Shown piece by piece: positions 60,931-64,000 of a stretch of DNA of 64,000 nt. Source of the stretch: Vulcanisaeta sp. AZ3. Its GTDB lineage: Archaea > Thermoproteota > Thermoprotei > Thermoproteales > Thermocladiaceae. The first letter of the stretch is position 1. Every line of letters begins with the position of its first letter. Both the position numbers and the translations under genes were made by a program. The stretch is from positions 10,200-74,199 of the forward strand of contig JZWU02000004.1 of NCBI GenBank assembly GCA_000960865.2, written 5' to 3'. Under the pieces are notes generated by a model. It was not told the origin of the DNA, made no database searches, and was given only the letters and a program-made list of their open reading frames with translations.

Positions 60931-61425
60931 ATGCACTTAATGGGAATAAAATCAATAAGCACTAGAAGGAGAGTTATGAGAGGACTGGAATTAGGGGTCA
61001 TAATAACAATCCTCTTCTTCCTAATAGGGTTCACCCACGTTGGTGAAGCCTTCGCCCTTGAGACCAGGGTCTATGGATATGTCATATATAGACTAGGTGA
61101 GATTGTGCACGTTAATTATCTGCCTCTTTACCTATATATGTGGAGAGTTTCCTCACTGCTCTTCCTGGCTTGGGTAATCACATACATTGCCTACATAGTA
61201 AAGCCATCGATTGTACTAGACTCAGCAGGCGTTATTTATGGGATCATGTACATCATTACTCACTACATATATCTATTCACAATAGGAGCCCCAATCTACA
61301 TATACCCGTTAACCTATGAATTAATAACTATTGGTAAACCACTCTTCTACCTTGATTGGGGCCAAATTATTGCACTAATAACTATCTGGAGAATTTACAC
61401 TATTCGTAAATTAACTAGAGGCTGA
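60931..61425 (+). CDS. Hypothetical membrane protein
   Basis: Several TM stretches; LDWGQ near the C-terminus. Confidence 0.7.
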   Translation: MHLMGIKSISTRRRVMRGLELGVIITILFFLIGFTHVGEAFALETRVYGYVIYRLGEIVHVNYLPLYLYMWRVSSLLFLAWVITYIAYIVKPSIVLDSAGVIYGIMYIITHYIYLFTIGAPIYIYPLTYELITIGKPLFYLDWGQIIALITIWRIYTIRKLTRG

Positions 61426-61429
61426 AACA

Positions 61430-62278
61430 ATGACAAACATAAACGTGAAGAACACCATAGCCTCAACACTACATGAACTTGGCATTGAGTGGATTAGAAA
61501 GTTTGAAGAGAAGGACCCACAGTTTCTAGCGATTAAGAGACTATGCGATGTAACCCATGACCTCGGCGTAACCCTTAAGCTAACAATATTGAATGCCCTA
61601 ATTAGTTATCAATTAACGGGTAAAGGTGAGGATCACTGGAACTACTTCGCCAATTACTTCATCAGTAATAAGCCGAGCGATTTATGCCGTGACTTCACGA
61701 ATTACACCATGAGTAGTAAATACCTAGCTAGGTACAAAGCATCTAGGATTAAAAGGATCAATACAGTATGCCCCAAGTTAATTAAACTTGACCTAACTGA
61801 TTACATTAAAGATCTAGTAAAGTTATGGAGATTAATTAACGAAATTGTTGGTGGTTCAGGTGATGAAAAGACCATAGTATTCTCCGTGAAAATGGCCTAC
61901 TACGTGAGCAGAACCTGCGGCCACAGCATTGAGGTCCCCATGGAAATACCAATACCCGTAGATTATAGGGTCACAGTAATAACAATATGCAGCGGTCTCA
62001 TAAACATAAATAATGAAAAGTCAGCCACAGAACTCGCTAAAGAAATAATGATTAAGCGTAAAAAGGAAATTCAAGAAATTTGGAGCGACATTGCCAAGTC
62101 AAGCGGTGTGCCACCCTTAAACCTTGATTCTGTAGTTTGGGTTCTAGGCGGATTACTAATTAATTCCTACTTCAACATAAATGAAGCAATAAATAAACTA
62201 AGACAGTTTGGAATCCCCATCAATGACGGAGTAGTTAGGCTTCTTCATCTACTTAGTGGTCGTTGCATAGCTAGGTAA
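61430..62278 (+). CDS. Archaeal 8-oxoguanine N-glycosylase/DNA lyase (AGOG)
   Basis: EEKDPQF, NALISYQLTGKGEDHW, KTIVFSVKM, IPIPVDYRV, PPLNLDSVVW. Confidence 0.92.
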   Translation: MTNINVKNTIASTLHELGIEWIRKFEEKDPQFLAIKRLCDVTHDLGVTLKLTILNALISYQLTGKGEDHWNYFANYFISNKPSDLCRDFTNYTMSSKYLARYKASRIKRINTVCPKLIKLDLTDYIKDLVKLWRLINEIVGGSGDEKTIVFSVKMAYYVSRTCGHSIEVPMEIPIPVDYRVTVITICSGLININNEKSATELAKEIMIKRKKEIQEIWSDIAKSSGVPPLNLDSVVWVLGGLLINSYFNINEAINKLRQFGIPINDGVVRLLHLLSGRCIAR

Positions 62279-62556
62279 GTACTTATCACTAGTTCTCTAG
62301 CCTCCCTATATACCTGCATTATTGTTCTATTAGCCTTAAACCTACGCAGCAGTTCTACAGAGTCATCCTTAATCGACAAGTAACCCGAGGCAACTAACTT
62401 ACTTATCAAATTCCCTGCATAGTTCTTACCAAGCCAATAAGCAACTAACCTATACACCTTAAGAAATCTAAGCCTAACCTTACCACCTCTAAGCTCAACC
62501 TCCTCAAGCAACAATAAGGCTAGCCTAGCCTCCGTGCTCATCGACATACACCTCAC
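62245..62556 (-). CDS. Hypothetical protein (possible winged-helix fold)
   Basis: ORF overlaps and is probably coupled to the upstream DUF126 gene; no diagnostic motif. Confidence 0.6.
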   Translation of the reverse strand: MRCMSMSTEARLALLLLEEVELRGGKVRLRFLKVYRLVAYWLGKNYAGNLISKLVASGYLSIKDDSVELLRRFKANRTIMQVYREARELVISTYLAMQRPLSR

Positions 62557-62920
62557 CCCTATCTAAATCAACATGCACCAAGGACCCACTCGGTAGATTC
62601 AGCACCTCTCTGGGTAAGTTCGTGACTATTGGTATCTGAGCCATGACAGCACCTATTATGAGCATAGTATCAGCCTTAACACTCAAGATAACCCTCGGTG
62701 CCTTACCATACTTCATCAATTGATACATCACGTAAGGACCAACCGTGGAACCCCTAGAGCTCGGTATTGCCAAAACCTTACCCACAATACTAACATTCAC
62801 AGTCCTAATAATCCCACTCCTCCCATCAACATCGCCCAAGAACGAGAGCGGCTCCTTATAAACGACCAACTCACCTTCAACAACACCACTTCCAAATAGC
62901 GTATAACCCTTAAACCTCAT
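62525..62920 (-). CDS. Aconitase X small subunit (DUF126; phosphomevalonate dehydratase small subunit-like)
   Basis: PLSFLGDVD, GKVL, RGSTVG. Confidence 0.88.
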   Translation of the reverse strand: MRFKGYTLFGSGVVEGELVVYKEPLSFLGDVDGRSGIIRTVNVSIVGKVLAIPSSRGSTVGPYVMYQLMKYGKAPRVILSVKADTMLIIGAVMAQIPIVTNLPREVLNLPSGSLVHVDLDRGEVYVDEHGG

Positions 62921-62988
62921 AAGAGTACATGTGAAGAAAAATAAGCGATACTATTTAAGGATTTTTAATGCCAACATAAAAATAAAAA

Positions 62989-63681
62989 TCACTCAATCCT
63001 AATCTTAATGACCTTCTTCGCCTCCTCAACCTCCTCCTTAGGCAACTCCTTATACGTCAACCACCAAGCAAAACCCTTATACTGCTGCAATCTCTTGGGA
63101 GCATCCTCAACGTTATGTGGTGGTGGATTAAGCACATTTTCACCGATTATCTCGTTATATGGCCAGTTAGCAGGCATGACAACACCATACTTATCAATCA
63201 ACTGTAAGGACTTAACAACCCTCAATATCTCCGGTATATTTCTACCAAGTTCCAATGGATAATAAAGTACCGTCCTAATTATTGCTTTATCATCAACAAC
63301 GAACACAGCCCTCACAGTACTTGTCGAAGATTCGCTATGAATCATACCCAATGCCCTTGATACATTACCCATTGGATCAGCAATTATTGGAAATGGTATC
63401 TTAACACCCAACTTCTCCTCAATCCACTGAACCCACTCAATATGAGATATGTCTGTGTCAACACTTAAGCCTATCAACTCAGTATTTAGCTTCTTAAAGT
63501 CATCATAGTGCTTAGCAAAACTCACAAACTCCGTCGTACACACCGGAGTAAAGTCCCCAGGATGGCTGAACAATATAAACCACTTACCCTTAAATGCATC
63601 AGGTAACTTCATTGGTCCCTTACTAGTCACTACGTTTAACTCCGGAAACTTTTCACCTATAGATGGTATTGTTACTGGCAT
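62989..63681 (-). CDS. Peroxiredoxin (Prx6 family, single Cys)
   Basis: [27 protein letters not shown]; C-terminal WW lacks the flanking cysteines. Confidence 0.95.
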   Translation of the reverse strand: MPVTIPSIGEKFPELNVVTSKGPMKLPDAFKGKWFILFSHPGDFTPVCTTEFVSFAKHYDDFKKLNTELIGLSVDTDISHIEWVQWIEEKLGVKIPFPIIADPMGNVSRALGMIHSESSTSTVRAVFVVDDKAIIRTVLYYPLELGRNIPEILRVVKSLQLIDKYGVVMPANWPYNEIIGENVLNPPPHNVEDAPKRLQQYKGFAWWLTYKELPKEEVEEAKKVIKIRIE

Positions 63682-64000
63682 ACCAACATAGTAATTGCCC
63701 CTAGGTATTTAAATGGGCATTCTAAGTTATTTTATGTGAATAGACATTTTTAAAAATAGTAATTAAAATATATAATTAAACACATTTTTTATTAATTAAA
63801 CATTAAAATGCACTAACAATGGATGCTTTAAGTCATTCTTTTGACTTATACTAAAGCTTTAAATTTAGGCAAGGCTTCTCGATTTACTAACAACTAACAT
63901 GAGAAACTTATCTATCGCTACATTAATAATCTACATATACATAGTGCTTTGGGATATTAACACCATTAATGTTAATACCAATAGGCATACACCTCTCCTA

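Noticed and set aside
63899-64000. Possible CDS start at the right edge (MRNLSIATLIIYIYIV…), perhaps with a frameshift
   Set aside because: Truncated by the window; frame and strand cannot be established.
1-64000. CRISPR arrays, IS elements, proviral genes, rRNA
   Set aside because: No spaced direct repeats, transposase or integrase motifs, or long GC-rich structural RNA seen.

Overview
Core chromosomal segment of a hyperthermophilic crenarchaeon. Reverse gyrase, AGOG glycosylase, a GAPN-family enzyme, ROK hexokinase, dispersed ribosomal-protein genes and TATA-driven, often leaderless genes fit Thermoproteales, most likely Vulcanisaeta/Caldivirga (inference). The window holds about 60 protein genes: an 8-gene redox cluster (2-oxoacid:ferredoxin oxidoreductase, HdrA-HdrA-MvhD fusion, HdrC/D-like protein, EtfAB), class II ribonucleotide reductase split by a -1 frameshift, SRP54, a KaiC-like ATPase with Tyr/Gln-rich tails, PINA, an ABC-2 exporter, aspS, a decayed feoB/feoA pair, solo Cas4 and several apparent pseudo-enzymes. 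I saw no rRNA, tRNA, CRISPR array or IS element. The intergenic DNA contains four non-coding RNA candidates: three C/D-box sRNAs and one K-turn H/ACA-like RNA. Best candidate for a new system: the C/D sRNA at 46951-47000 has one guide aimed at tRNA C56. Its other guide is perfectly complementary (11/11) to the ACA-box region of the H/ACA-like RNA 10 kb away, with the predicted 2'-O-methyl falling 3 nt after the ACA box. All assignments come from motif recognition by eye; no database searches were run.
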